DNA from: Phoronis australis
Lineage: Eukaryota > Animalia > Phoronida
Assembly: GCA_002633005.1 (NCBI GenBank)
Contig: NMRA01000341.1
Span: 265,474 to 329,473, forward strand
Length of the DNA stretch: 64,000 bases
Direction of reading: 5' to 3'
Below are positions 53,061 to 64,000 of the stretch, one piece after another (positions within the stretch are counted from its first letter, which is position 1; the number at the start of each line of letters is the position of its first letter). A model generated the notes under the pieces. It saw nothing but the letters and a program-made list of their open reading frames with translations. It ran no database searches and was not told the origin of the DNA. The position numbers and the translations under genes were made by a program.

Positions 53061-55029
53061 ACAATGGAAGCCACAGTCCAGCTTTCAGCCAAACGTTTCA
53101 GCTTCCTGCAATAGAAATTTACAAAATGAAACTTTCCTGTGATACCAAAATCATACATACCATCCCCTACGCAGAAAACGTGAAATCGAATTAACATAAT
53201 CCTGTCGTGAATTCATGGACAACTAAACCAGACAATTAGGCTGGGAAATGAGTTAAAATTCAAACCAATAAGTTCCAGATCTCCAAGTCTTTCGAACGGC
53301 TAAAGCTTGTAGTTTTCGTCGAGTTTTCTTTTTTGGTCACCGTACCTACATCGAAGTACGGGTGTTTGTCGTTTTAGGTACGACCATCCATCCATGTACT
53401 TTGGGCTTACTTAGATGAACTTATGGAATTGCTATTTTTAACACACCAAGAGATCATTATTCCTTATACTGCGACAGAAAAACTTTCGTAGAGTCACTGC
53501 TATCTAATATTTTTGTGTACTGTTATGGTAGGTCTATGGCGTGCAGCTCTATTTTTACTGGAAAATTGGCCCATTCTATGCAGTGCTCCGTATCAGTAAG
53601 TCAACGACCTTTTCACCGTCCAAGAATTTTGAAACGATCGAGCACGCTTGTTTTCTTCGTAATACTGTGGTATTTGCGTTCTGAGTTTGTCATGTGTTCG
53701 CCCTTCCGAGGGTCTGAAACACCAGCCACCAAACGCCACACAGTTATAGTCAACTTGAGTTCCATCTCTAATTATTCGGAAGCCGAAACCAGAGTCACCT
53801 TTCATTCGATTTAGGCGGACAAGTTCACACCTGGCGACGTCGTCATAAGCCTCTCACCGACGTTCTGGTGTTGGTCCTACACCATATCCATTGAGTTACA
53901 TCCATAGCGTGGATGGAGGTTGGGACCAGAATACAAGGTGATCTGCGTTATGTAGACATAAGATTAGTGGCGCGATATGCCAAACCACGTGTGCTTCACG
54001 CCCCGGCCTATTGGGTTTGTGACAAGTTCCAGAGACATTTTCCATTCATGGAGCCGCGATGTCCCAGCAGACTATGTGTTGTGCGGAGCACGGATACTCA
54101 TCAAGTACTCGTTCAACGCGGTCGACAAAACCTACAAACGGCGAAAGTGGAATGCTAAGAACCCATTTGAGAAGCTTAAAAGCATCGAGGGAAGCAGTAC
54201 TCCACCATCTGAAGCGTAACTAGCACTTCACGTGGATAGAAGTGCACTTGTTGATAGACTATGGGGTAGCGCTCATCATCAAATCTTGGAAAAATACCCA
54301 TCAATAAATGGAAAATTGTCGACATTGAATTTCGTATCATTTGCTTCAGCAGAGAACAGATGCCCCCCGTGTGCTCATTCCAGAGGTTCAAGTCGAAATC
54401 GAGCCAGATGACAATGGTGGCGATGCTGCAAGAGGTTGTGGCATGAAATGTGATGTAGACGAAGATCATGACCCTCTAATGAGAGAAATGAAACCATCTG
54501 ATGAAGATAGTGATGACGACCACGATTGAGATGATGGATGTTAAATTACAACGGCGTGTATTGCCTTTTTGATTTCGATTTAATCACCATAGCAGCAATC
54601 AAAATTGTTGTACTTCTCATTTATAATACAAGTTCATTTTTAAAGGCTCCCTAAGGATCCAAACACGCCCGTTTTATCTACAAACCCTTAGAGACCAATA
54701 GCCCAGGATTGTGTATTTTAAGACACCCTTTCCTTCAATGGTAGATGATTTACAATAGAATTACGCACTGAAACCTTTTGCACTCAAAAGTCCTCATGGG
54801 TCTCCAGTTCGTCTCTCAATCTCTGAACAGTGAGCAGACGTTTTGACCTAGATATCGTTACGCACGTGAATTTGCTGCGACTGATCACGACACTTTGAAT
54901 TGTATGGAAACTTCCGGAAAATACCGTGTATATCCAAATTCGACTCGCAGAGACGTAGAATTTGCCGACCCAAAATGTGTTGTGCTATTCCTACGCTACG
55001 TCATCTGTCGAAAAGATATTAAACGTGTC

Positions 55030-55878
55030 CAGGGTGTTTCATCGATATAGGATTCCCGGTGAAAACAGACATCCCGGAGTCGTAAACAGACTCCCGCACC
55101 TAACGAGCCCGAAAAACACAAACCCGACCTTTAAAACAAGAACCCCGGGGATCGGACAGGACACCCGGGGTCCAAAACACCACTCCCGCACTTTCTGTCA
55201 AACATTGTTTGATGAAACTTAGATCTTCCTTCTTTAAATAGTTGTTGCGATATGTTCTTTCACTATAAGAGAATTATAGACAACTTATGACAGATTGGCG
55301 TTCTACGTTATTCTGCTGCTAAAGTTGTGGTGTGATCTTTTGCGTCGACTTCCGGTGCCATGAAATATTGTGCCACATGTTGACCAGTTTCTTTTTCCCC
55401 AATTCTTCAATAAACTGTTGTTCTTCCCCGAGGATGCGTACATGTCACAACAAACTAATCAACAATGGCACTTGAAAGTCAAAATAATATTTTTGTGTTC
55501 CATTTTTGAAAATATCTGAAATTAACTAAATGTTTACCGATATAACAACGTGTCGAGAGTTTAGATTGTGTTGAAATTCGCTCACAGACAAGTTGCACGA
55601 GTTTTATCGATAAAAATCAAATAAAGCCAATATATTTTTGAGAATTTTTAACAAACAGATGCAGAAAAAAGTACTGGAAAATGCTTTAACTCAAAGATTG
55701 AGGCTACTGACAACGACTCGGACCTCAAAAAATTTCTTGTCCGATCCCCGGGATTCGTGGTTTAAAGGCCGGGCTTCGTGTTTTTCGGACTGATTAGCTG
55801 TTTTGAAGGTGTGGATGTCTGTTTTGACCCCATGATATCTGTTTTACACCGGGGTTCCTGTTTCGATGAAAAACCCTG
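55030..55878. mobile_element. Non-autonomous DNA transposon with ~140-bp TIRs, CAGGG ends, probable 5-bp TSD
   Basis: cagggtgtttcatcga..cccggtgaaaacaga..ggggatcggaca versus tgtccgatcccc..tctgttttacaccggg..tcgatgaaaaaccctg; flanks gtgtc / gtgtt. Confidence 0.8.
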
Positions 55879-57843
55879 GTGTTTACCAGGAAAATACTCG
55901 ATCGCACAATCGAGCTTTTTCTCTTGTAAATGTCATCAACATAATTTAGAAAAAGTTTATAAAATAAGTTATTATTGATAATTATAAAGCTAGGTCGTCA
56001 CCTGAACAACAGAACGGGTGAAATTTTGGCGAAACATTCGATACTTAGTGGCTGTGGGTGACTGGGCGACCTGATTATGAAGAAAAAATTGTCTGGGTGT
56101 CTGATCTAGATCACATTTTTGTACTCACTTATCTGAACTGACACTCAGGTTTTATATCAAAATATCACGAAAAAGAGATTCAAATCTTTTTCAGGAAGTA
56201 AAAAAATGCACCCCATTTCAGCGGCACGTCCCCACTATCCCCATTCAACTGACACCCCCGTTCAACATGGCATATTGGTTTTTGATTCCCGCTCCTAGGT
56301 TCACGCGGCTGGACAAGTTAAAAATAGTTTCACAATTGTACGCTAAGTGTCGCATTTGCGTGACCTACTCTGTATGTTGTAAACATGAAAACACCGCCAG
56401 CTTCACACAATAGAGAATGTAACGTCGACTCGATCAAGGCAACAGCATCGCCGCGACACACTTACACAGACTCCTAAATCAGATTTCGAATCTCTGCTGT
56501 ACACCCACACTTGCAATGCCAAGAAAGAAGGTATGTACTTGCATTTGATAACAAAACAAATCGACTTAACCGCTGTGAAGATTAGAGTAGGCCTATACCG
56601 CATCCACTGCCGCCGGCACTGGCGTCATCTGAGGCAAGCCTGTGAGGTAACCACCATGAACTTTGTGATATCTTGAATATTTATTGTGTTCTACTACTAA
56701 CGGGAAAAGAATAGCTCACCCTTTATTGCATGGCCCAGGTCAAGATTTATACACAAGTAGGTTGGGTATCACAATCGACCGTGAGCTAACCTTTTTCACG
56801 ATCACGTGGGTGCACTATGTAAAAAAGCATCTAAACATTATCTGCGCTTTTCTGCCTCTGCCATCTCCTAATTCATGTTGAAGTCGAAACCGAAGCACAT
56901 TTGTACGATCATATGTTCATTACTGTCGGCTCATCTGATACATGTGCGGCATAATTCTTAGATGGAGAAAATTAAAAAATTATACCGCGCACTAAGGTTT
57001 GTTTTCAATGATTACCAATTAATCACCATGCTCCTTGTTGCAGTCTATAGCTAAATCAAGTCCCTTAGTAACTCAAAGATTTTCCTAGGTATGGGATTTT
57101 TAAAAACAGTCACGGTATTGGACCAAATCCACTAAGCTGCCTTATAGTTTAAGGACTCTGCATGCAAGACGAGAGGCTAACATAACCATTAACCGCCTCC
57201 ATGGTTCAGTCAAGAGTTCCACGAGCCAATTAGGTGTGTCCCCATGGAGTAGCTTACCAGAGGAAATTAGATGTTGTAAGCACCATACCATATCAACATG
57301 CTTATTCGTAACAACGCAATTATTTGTTGGTACATTTTCCATACCGATGTAAAATATATAAGTTTTCTTTTCGAGCAATTTCATTTGCGAGAGGGCGTCT
57401 TAGCTTTGATTCCCCTCGGCGACACTGAGCCTAATTCAATATTTGTTGGTTAGGAACTTCATCAAAAGCGGGCGGCTTTTTACAAAATATTCTTTTCAGA
57501 AGGATTTCACATTCCAATTAGTTCTGTAAGAGGAAAAGGATAGCGAAAGAAATGAGGTATGTGGAGCAAACCACTACGTAATCGTGATTTTTGTAGAAGG
57601 TTCCTTCAAACTTGTTCCTCAGGCTTTTAATCGTGCTAACGCTTAATACGGTTGGGCGACTTTCTAAAAGAGAAAGGATTCTAATCAGTAATGTTCTAAC
57701 TCATTAAGCGCTTTATGGGTTAATTGATACCGTCCAGTATTAGTGTGCCGTGCGCAAGAGAACTTCGATTCAGGAGTCTGATAGTTGTCCTCTAATTAAC
57801 AAAAATTAAAAATTGTTATTGCCTCTTCAAATACTAGCGAATA

Positions 57844-59362
57844 TATCTGGTGTCCCAAAGAAGTGAGCCGCATTTTGACAAATTTCTCAGCAATAAATGA
57901 ACCGAATTTTTTCAAATTTCTTACAGATGAATCTTAGTATATCGTCAACAAACGTGCAAAACATCAAAGAGATCTGTATCCAATTGTGCGAGTACTGTCA
58001 AATTAAAAACATCAGGTCAAAAAGAAAATGTGCTCAGTCTATGCGCAATGTGGCCCCCGTCTTCTTCCGCGACTAAACAGAAACGTTTCTTCACCGTATT
58101 TCTTCCATCGGGATTTCTTCCCATGACATAATTATCCTGTCTTTTAATCCCTGCTCAGTCAATTTGACTCTCATTCCTCGGTAAACTTTCTCCTTCAGGG
58201 AGTCCTATATACCATAGTCCATTGCATTAGTCAGGACTGAGCGGAGGCGACTCATCCTTTTTGATGAATTTTGGTGTGGCCTCTCCAAGATGAACCTGGG
58301 TTATCTTGCTCGTGTGTAAAGGAGCCCTATCTTGCTGAAACACATAATTATTTCCAGGTAGAGTCGCCTGCAATCCGGGAGAACATTTTCATCCAATAGT
58401 AACTGCATGTAGCGTTGACTGTTAACTTTGGCTGTGTCAATGTCAATAAAATGAACATGTGTTTTGCCTTCTATGCTCCAGCGGAAACCATTACTTTTTT
58501 GGAAAATCTGGAGGTCTCATGATAGAGTCGAGAAGGCTGAACTTCTCGTTTTTGTTCCCCACAAACACGATCGATTTTTAGCGATTTCTAGGGTAAAGTC
58601 TTTTTCATCAGTGAAAATGATTCTTTTCACATCATTGGCTGAATGGCGGTCATGCAAGTATCGGCATCGAGTTTTTCTTTTCCCTCTGACATCTTATCTC
58701 TGAGTGATACCCACATTCTTTTGAAGGTTTTAGCTCCAGTTGTTTCGCCATTCTTTGCACAGAAGAGTTTGCTCACTTGTAAATCGCTTGCGACTTCTCT
58801 CAGAGATTTGCGATTCCCCGGGTTGTCATCCTGGGATCGAATGAGTTCCTCATCACGATCCTACTAGTAGTTTTCTCCTGAACATGTCGTCTTTGGTCTA
58901 CCACTGCCACTTTTATGCGTATTTTATAAATAAGTCTATTTACAGTGGCACGTCTCCACTCTTTTCCTGGGAACTCTCTAACGATTCGTCTTCCGCCCCC
59001 TTCTCCTTGAAACAGGTTTCAATAGTAAATTTGTCATTTTCACTCAAGGCATCTTTACATACCGGAATATTGGACTGAACTGATTTGGATACAGATCTGA
59101 CAAACAATAGACCTGAGACCCAGGCAGGCAATTTTTTGACTGACAGATGCCAGCACAGCATGAGCACGATGGAAGTCACATTGATATTGGATTTTTCACC
59201 CTGATTTTACAGTTTTTCCACAATTGTTTATACTTCTTTGAGATACTCTCTGGAGTTGTTGATAACACCCTGAAGATACATTGTTAAAATTTTGAACGAA
59301 TTCGGTTGGTCAATTGCTTAGCAATTACTTGTCAAAAAGTGGCTCGCTTGGGACACCTAATA
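57844..59362 (-). mobile_element. Full-length decayed Tc1/mariner element of the DD37D (maT) type
   Basis: ~75-bp imperfect TIRs (ggtgtcccaa..gagcc..ttttgacaa..accgaatt..ttcaaa) with TA flanks, enclosing a transposase pseudogene. Confidence 0.9.
58020..59052 (-). pseudogene. DD37D transposase pseudogene
   Basis: LSENDK..EKG, EFPGKEW, SQDDNPG, IIFTDEKDFT, YVFQQD..H.S..TQ, PPLSPD(L)NAMDYGI, GGHI; 37 residues between the last two Asp after restoring one frameshift. Confidence 0.88.
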
Positions 59363-60070
59363 CATATTCATAGTACGCGAGTCTTGATTGTTTTCACATG
59401 TGTTGCACATGTGAATCCTTTCCCGGCTTAAGCCAAACAACAGCCTGTTTTACATGAGCTGGTCAGGTGAGGTCACGCCGTTATACTGCAGATATTTAGT
59501 AAATCGCCTATTCCTTTTCAATAGCTGATGCCGAGGGTTGGTTCAGCCTGCACGAAATGATTTTGAGGCGTTCAAATCAAGTGTCTCACAATAGTATCGC
59601 CTGGCTGAGCATTCATCTTATTGTGTTTTGCCTTATGCAGTTCACAATTCAGTCCCTTGTTGTCCCAGTGGGCGTATGGTTTACAATGGTCTGTCATTGT
59701 GATCAGCTCAGTGATTGTTATTTTAGTTACAGAACTCGTTGGGGATTAGGATAAAAGCCCCTACGCCATGGCGCCGTGTGCGTGGGCGACCAGTATCGAA
59801 ATGAATGGAATTTCAGAATCCACCAGCATTTCTTGATGCTCCTAATTTTCATTCCAGTGTTTGCATTTACAGTCAACCTCTGAAAAACAGAAAACTTTCA
59901 GTTTTTGCCTTTATTTTTGAACGTATAAGTGAATAATTACCACAGTTAGCCCAGTGGCACTCTACACTGTTTCAGAGACGCAAGATCCTCACGAGATTGC
60001 AAAATAACTTCAGACTACACTAATGAGAATATCCGTTACGCATTACAAGCGAAGCACAAGATCACACCTG

Positions 60071-60210
60071 GCGTGCGTTCAGTAGACGCTAGGACCTAGG
60101 TAAAATCTAGTCAAAGTCACGTGTTCTCATTTAAAATACACAGCAATATCTCGCGTAATCTCGTGAAGTCTTGTTTTTTAGCGAGGTCCTAGCGTTACTG
60201 AACGGGAGGC
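60071..60210. mobile_element. ~140-bp MITE, copy 2
   Basis: Near-identical to 6910-7038; flanked TG/TG. Confidence 0.85.
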
Positions 60211-61225
60211 TGTTTTACTCCCGCAATTCTTGCGTCTACGGAGCTCAGTCCGGCAGAGCTTTGTCGCACATCCCGAATCTCTTCTTGTGCATTGTATGAT
60301 TGGTCTAGTTCAGTAGGACCATAGATTCATTACTGAGCCGAGTTGGACAAATGTCTCAAAACGAGATTTTTCAATGTTTGATGTCTGAATCGACACTCGA
60401 TTTCACCGGCATCAGACAAATGGCAAAATCAACTGATTAGCACAACAGCAGTGCAACTGTAGACACGTAAATGTGTACTCACTTGTTCCGTTGGGACGCA
60501 TGCCACCTCAGACTAGAAAAAACGTCCATATCGAACAAGCAGCACACACAAATAATCCGAGAAATTCCTCCCTACCGAGTCCAGAGATGTTTCACAAGGC
60601 ACTCAATTGTGCCATGTCTACACCGACTATTCCAAACTGTCTCTAAACCGGCTTTCACGAAAAATTCGCCAAGTTTTTCAAGCGATGCGCCCCACGAGTC
60701 GAATGAAACGCTTAGTACTGATTAGCCTCCACTCATATAGAAGGGTTGACGTTTAAGACAGTAGTCTCCGCAAGTCCTTGAATACTGCTCAATTGAAAAC
60801 CAGAAGGACCGTGGGTTGAGAGGAGTGTAAGTTTTATGAGCCTCTGCAACGGGTAAACAACTTAAAATGGTTGTTCAGAAACCCGCATTTTGTGCAGTCA
60901 ATAATTGTCCTGATAGGATTTTGGTTGATCACATGCAACATTGTGGCTCACGGTAAATAAAGCAAAAGAAAAGAGGCCTCTGCGGTATTGCAGGAAGTGG
61001 AATTAAAACGGTACGTCACTTGGTCTTGTTTCTTAATTTAAGCGTCAACGTACGGTGGATAGTTTGTGTACAGTACTGCCTACTAAGGTAATTTTTGTAC
61101 ATAATACGCATTCACTTATATGACTGACAAAAACAATGAACACGGTTGTTTTAGTCAGGTTCATTTGGCTGGATATATCATAATTGGAATAAAGTTCTTA
61201 GTACACAGTCAACGATTTACGTAGC

Positions 61226-61269
61226 TAGTTAACGTTTTCGGCCTTCACTCTGAGGCCTTTCTCAAACTA
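61226..61269 (-). ncRNA. Minimal type I hammerhead ribozyme motif (U3-A8 variant)
   Basis: UAGU-UUGAGAAA-GGCCU(CAGAGUGA)AGGCC-GAA-AACGUU-A-ACUA: stem I, core, stem II, GAAA and palindromic stem III, located in a Penelope terminal repeat. Confidence 0.75.
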
Positions 61270-61352
61270 ATGATGACGTGAGAAGCTGGGACGTGTGACG
61301 TCATCCCACGTGGGGACATCTGACGCACGTCTCAGAAGTTCAGTCTGCTTAA

Positions 61353-61731
61353 AGATGTATTTGCATGCTCCTAACTATGTTAGTGTATAGCAGGAACTAA
61401 ACGACAACCCTATTTGAACATCATCTACGCTAAACAATGTGCAGTTGTATTCACTGACATTTTGTAAATGTGAAAACACAGAAAATCTGCAAAAAGGTGA
61501 CCTTTGCACTAATGACGTACCTTGGGGCTCACCCAACTCGTAGCGAGCAGTGTTATTCCCCAACACCCCGTCACGTGATTTACAGCGGATCATTTTCAAC
61601 ACAAAACTCGTTATTAAAAACATTTGGCAATTTCCAACCTAATTGGTATTCAGATCGACGCTGTATGTTGTGTGTCTAATTATTTTGACCAAGCAACCGC
61701 AGAGATAAGGAATTAGCTTGCAAGTTCCACT
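61353..61731. mobile_element. TTAA-flanked MITE nested in the Penelope arm
   Basis: TTAA-agatgtatttgcatgct ... agcttgcaagttccact-TTAA; absent from the sister arm. Confidence 0.75.
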
Positions 61732-62325
61732 TTAAGCGTATCACTGGGTTTTATATGTTTGATAGAACGTAGTGTCCGATGTGTCTATTCGTGGTGGAGC
61801 TTTGTTTGTAATGTGGAAAGCTTTTCATATCCATCTTGTGCTTCTGTTCGTGTCCCGAGACAAAATTTTGCAATTGTCCCAATCGATGATATCCTTAAAA
61901 TGTATAGTGTGATCATTAACTGCCGAGCTGTGGTACACGGACTGAGAAGCCCGTTTCTGGTTACTTGTGTAGGGACGGTGTTCCTCAGACTCCATATCTT
62001 TGCGATGTTCGGAAAGACGAGTCCCGCGTTTCCTACCAGTCTCAACGACGGATATAAGTGCTATCAAAGTTAGCGCAGGGTATCTGATAAACCACACTGG
62101 TGTCAATCATGAAAACTACGTTTGCCCTTGGCATGCACAAGAAAATTTCTGAACGTTCTGATTGGTTTAACAACAACAGAAAACAAGGCTCCTCCATGAA
62201 TAGAGGCATTGGACAGTACGTTCTATCAAACATATACAACCCAGTGATACGCTAACGTTCCAAGACGTCCGTCAGATGTCCCCACGCAGGAAGACGTCAC
62301 ACGTCCCAGCCTCTCACGTCATCAT

Positions 62326-62368
62326 TAGTTTGAGAAAGGCCTCAGCGTGAAGGCCGAAAAGTTAACTA
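62326..62368 (+). ncRNA. Second hammerhead motif copy, with a 1-nt deletion in stem III
   Basis: tagtttgagaaaggcctcagcgtgaaggccgaaaagttaacta. Confidence 0.6.
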
Positions 62369-64000
62369 GGTACATAAATCATTGACTGTGTTCTAAGAAC
62401 TTTATTCCAATTATGATATATCCAGTCAAATGAACATGTTTCATCACCTGCTTTAGCGTGCAGTAGGCCTACCTCCACCTAGCGGTTGTGTGAAGCCCTT
62501 TGACTTTGGTCATACCGGTGCGAAAGCACTCGGAGTCTCCCTGAGCTCGTTGTCCGGGCTGAATGAAAATGGCACTTCACACTGAATGTCAGGCCCGTAT
62601 GTAGGAATATGGAAATACATTTACACTAATGTAACGAGTTACGCTTACGTAGCGGCAGCGACAACAAGTATAGATTCCTTTAGGCTCGTACACTTTGGTC
62701 GTGCTTTGTTGAAGACTGACGTTTCACGAGTTCACCAATCAGTGGCGGAGCTATATTTTTGGGGGCTTATGTGCAATTTCGATAAAAATGAAACTTGGGT
62801 ATTTTGAAAGCCTTCTTGCGGCGGTGGGAGAAATGCGAAATGGTGGCAAAAGGAAAACCTTGCATCCTAATGTCTTCAGTAGGTGTTTTCAACATTTGAT
62901 TTTGTCTTGGCAAACCCTAAAATTTTCGTTTTGCACCAGGTATTGAGTTGGCCTGGACTTTAAATGTGCCTAGCCATAGTCTGTAAGAGAACCCCACCTG
63001 AAAGTATTGTTATTGAGTAAACGCCTGCGATAAGTATTGATAGACTTGTCACAAAATTAATACAACCCCATCGCATGACTGGACACATTCTTGGCTGTTG
63101 TTTTAAAAATGCTGCCAGGTAGAATGGGAGTATTTTCTGTTGTGAGCATTTACTGATCTGTAAATCCTGGGAATCGTTAAGGCAAGTAATTAAAAAAAAC
63201 GAGTATCAGGAAGTAATTTCTCGTTTTATGTTAGAGTTGTTTGTGTATTGTATGCACATAGTGCAACGACGCATATTGGGCAGGATCGTTTTATCATATT
63301 CTCTGACAAAACCCAAAACTGAAAAATCAAATAAGCCACTTTAGATCGTTATGAATTATTTCTGATGCTTTAGGACGTCGCGGCGTAAGAATACTTCGTT
63401 TCCATGATTATCAATAGTGCAGTTTGGCCACATACATTCTGTTAAAACCATTCAGGAGTAACTTATAATCCACGTGTTTGAGGTCCGGGATACTCCCCAA
63501 AAGGATTTAAAAGGGGACGTTTCTCTTAGACAGTTGTCTTTCACGACCCATTTCCATACATAAGGATTCATTTCAGGAATTAGGCACTGTAAAAAGTGTA
63601 CCGTTTTCCTTTTTCGAAAACCTACAGAAAGGAATTTAAATGTTATCTAAATTTTAAATCATGGCTTGGAAAATATATATTCATTTTGACAATATGACAA
63701 ATGTTATAGAATTGTTTTGAAAGTTTTACGGGGCAGCCGCCTCTAAATCCCTTCGGAAAGGTTAGGGTTATGGCAAATCACAATCAAGGTCCATATTCGG
63801 TGGCCACTTTTGGTGAAAAATGAAGGTTGTCATATAACTGTAAAAGCTGGGTTATTTTAAAGTACCATCATTCCAGGTTTGTAATCTAAAATATTTTTGC
63901 ACAAGAACCACTGAATAAAATTTTATGGCCTAATGCATCACAGTTGTACAAAAGGGTACGTACACTACAACTTGTGGTCACAGCCAACTTCTACCATGCA

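Larger units (their letters stand above)
61159..62435 (-). mobile_element. 5'-truncated Penelope-like element with inverted pseudo-LTRs
   Basis: Minus-strand GIY-YIG remnant VVYQIPC....YI.ETGR..GTRL.EH...SAV.DH...IDWDN.KIL...R.I (62105-61800). The ORF tail (NR.IG.YVLSNI.NPVIR) and 3' region are repeated in inverted orientation at ~62178-62435. Confidence 0.9.

Overview
AT-rich, intron-containing eukaryotic DNA from a draft assembly with three N-gaps. It looks like a marine invertebrate, but the species cannot be identified from the sequence. Gene density is low and most listed ORFs are spurious. Two host genes are supportable: (1) a spliced type II membrane NXPE/PC-esterase (SGNH) family gene, join(48453..48563,49779..51134), 488 aa; (2) a small secreted-peptide precursor (16409..16744, minus) with an atypical MAC/perforin-type EGF module and a tribasic cleavage site. 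A possible decayed multi-exon gene with tiny introns lies at the left edge. The rest is mostly transposon-derived: a Penelope-like element with inverted terminal repeats each carrying a minimal hammerhead ribozyme motif (U3-A8 core variant), a second decayed Penelope, a full-length decayed DD37D (maT) Tc1/mariner, an internally deleted Kolobok-like element whose ~310-bp inverted repeats each begin a THAP ORF, a LINE RT fragment, several CA...TG non-autonomous elements with 5-bp target duplications (four copies of one ~0.95-kb family), and many MITEs, palindromes and minisatellites. All calls come from reading the sequence by eye; no searches were run.
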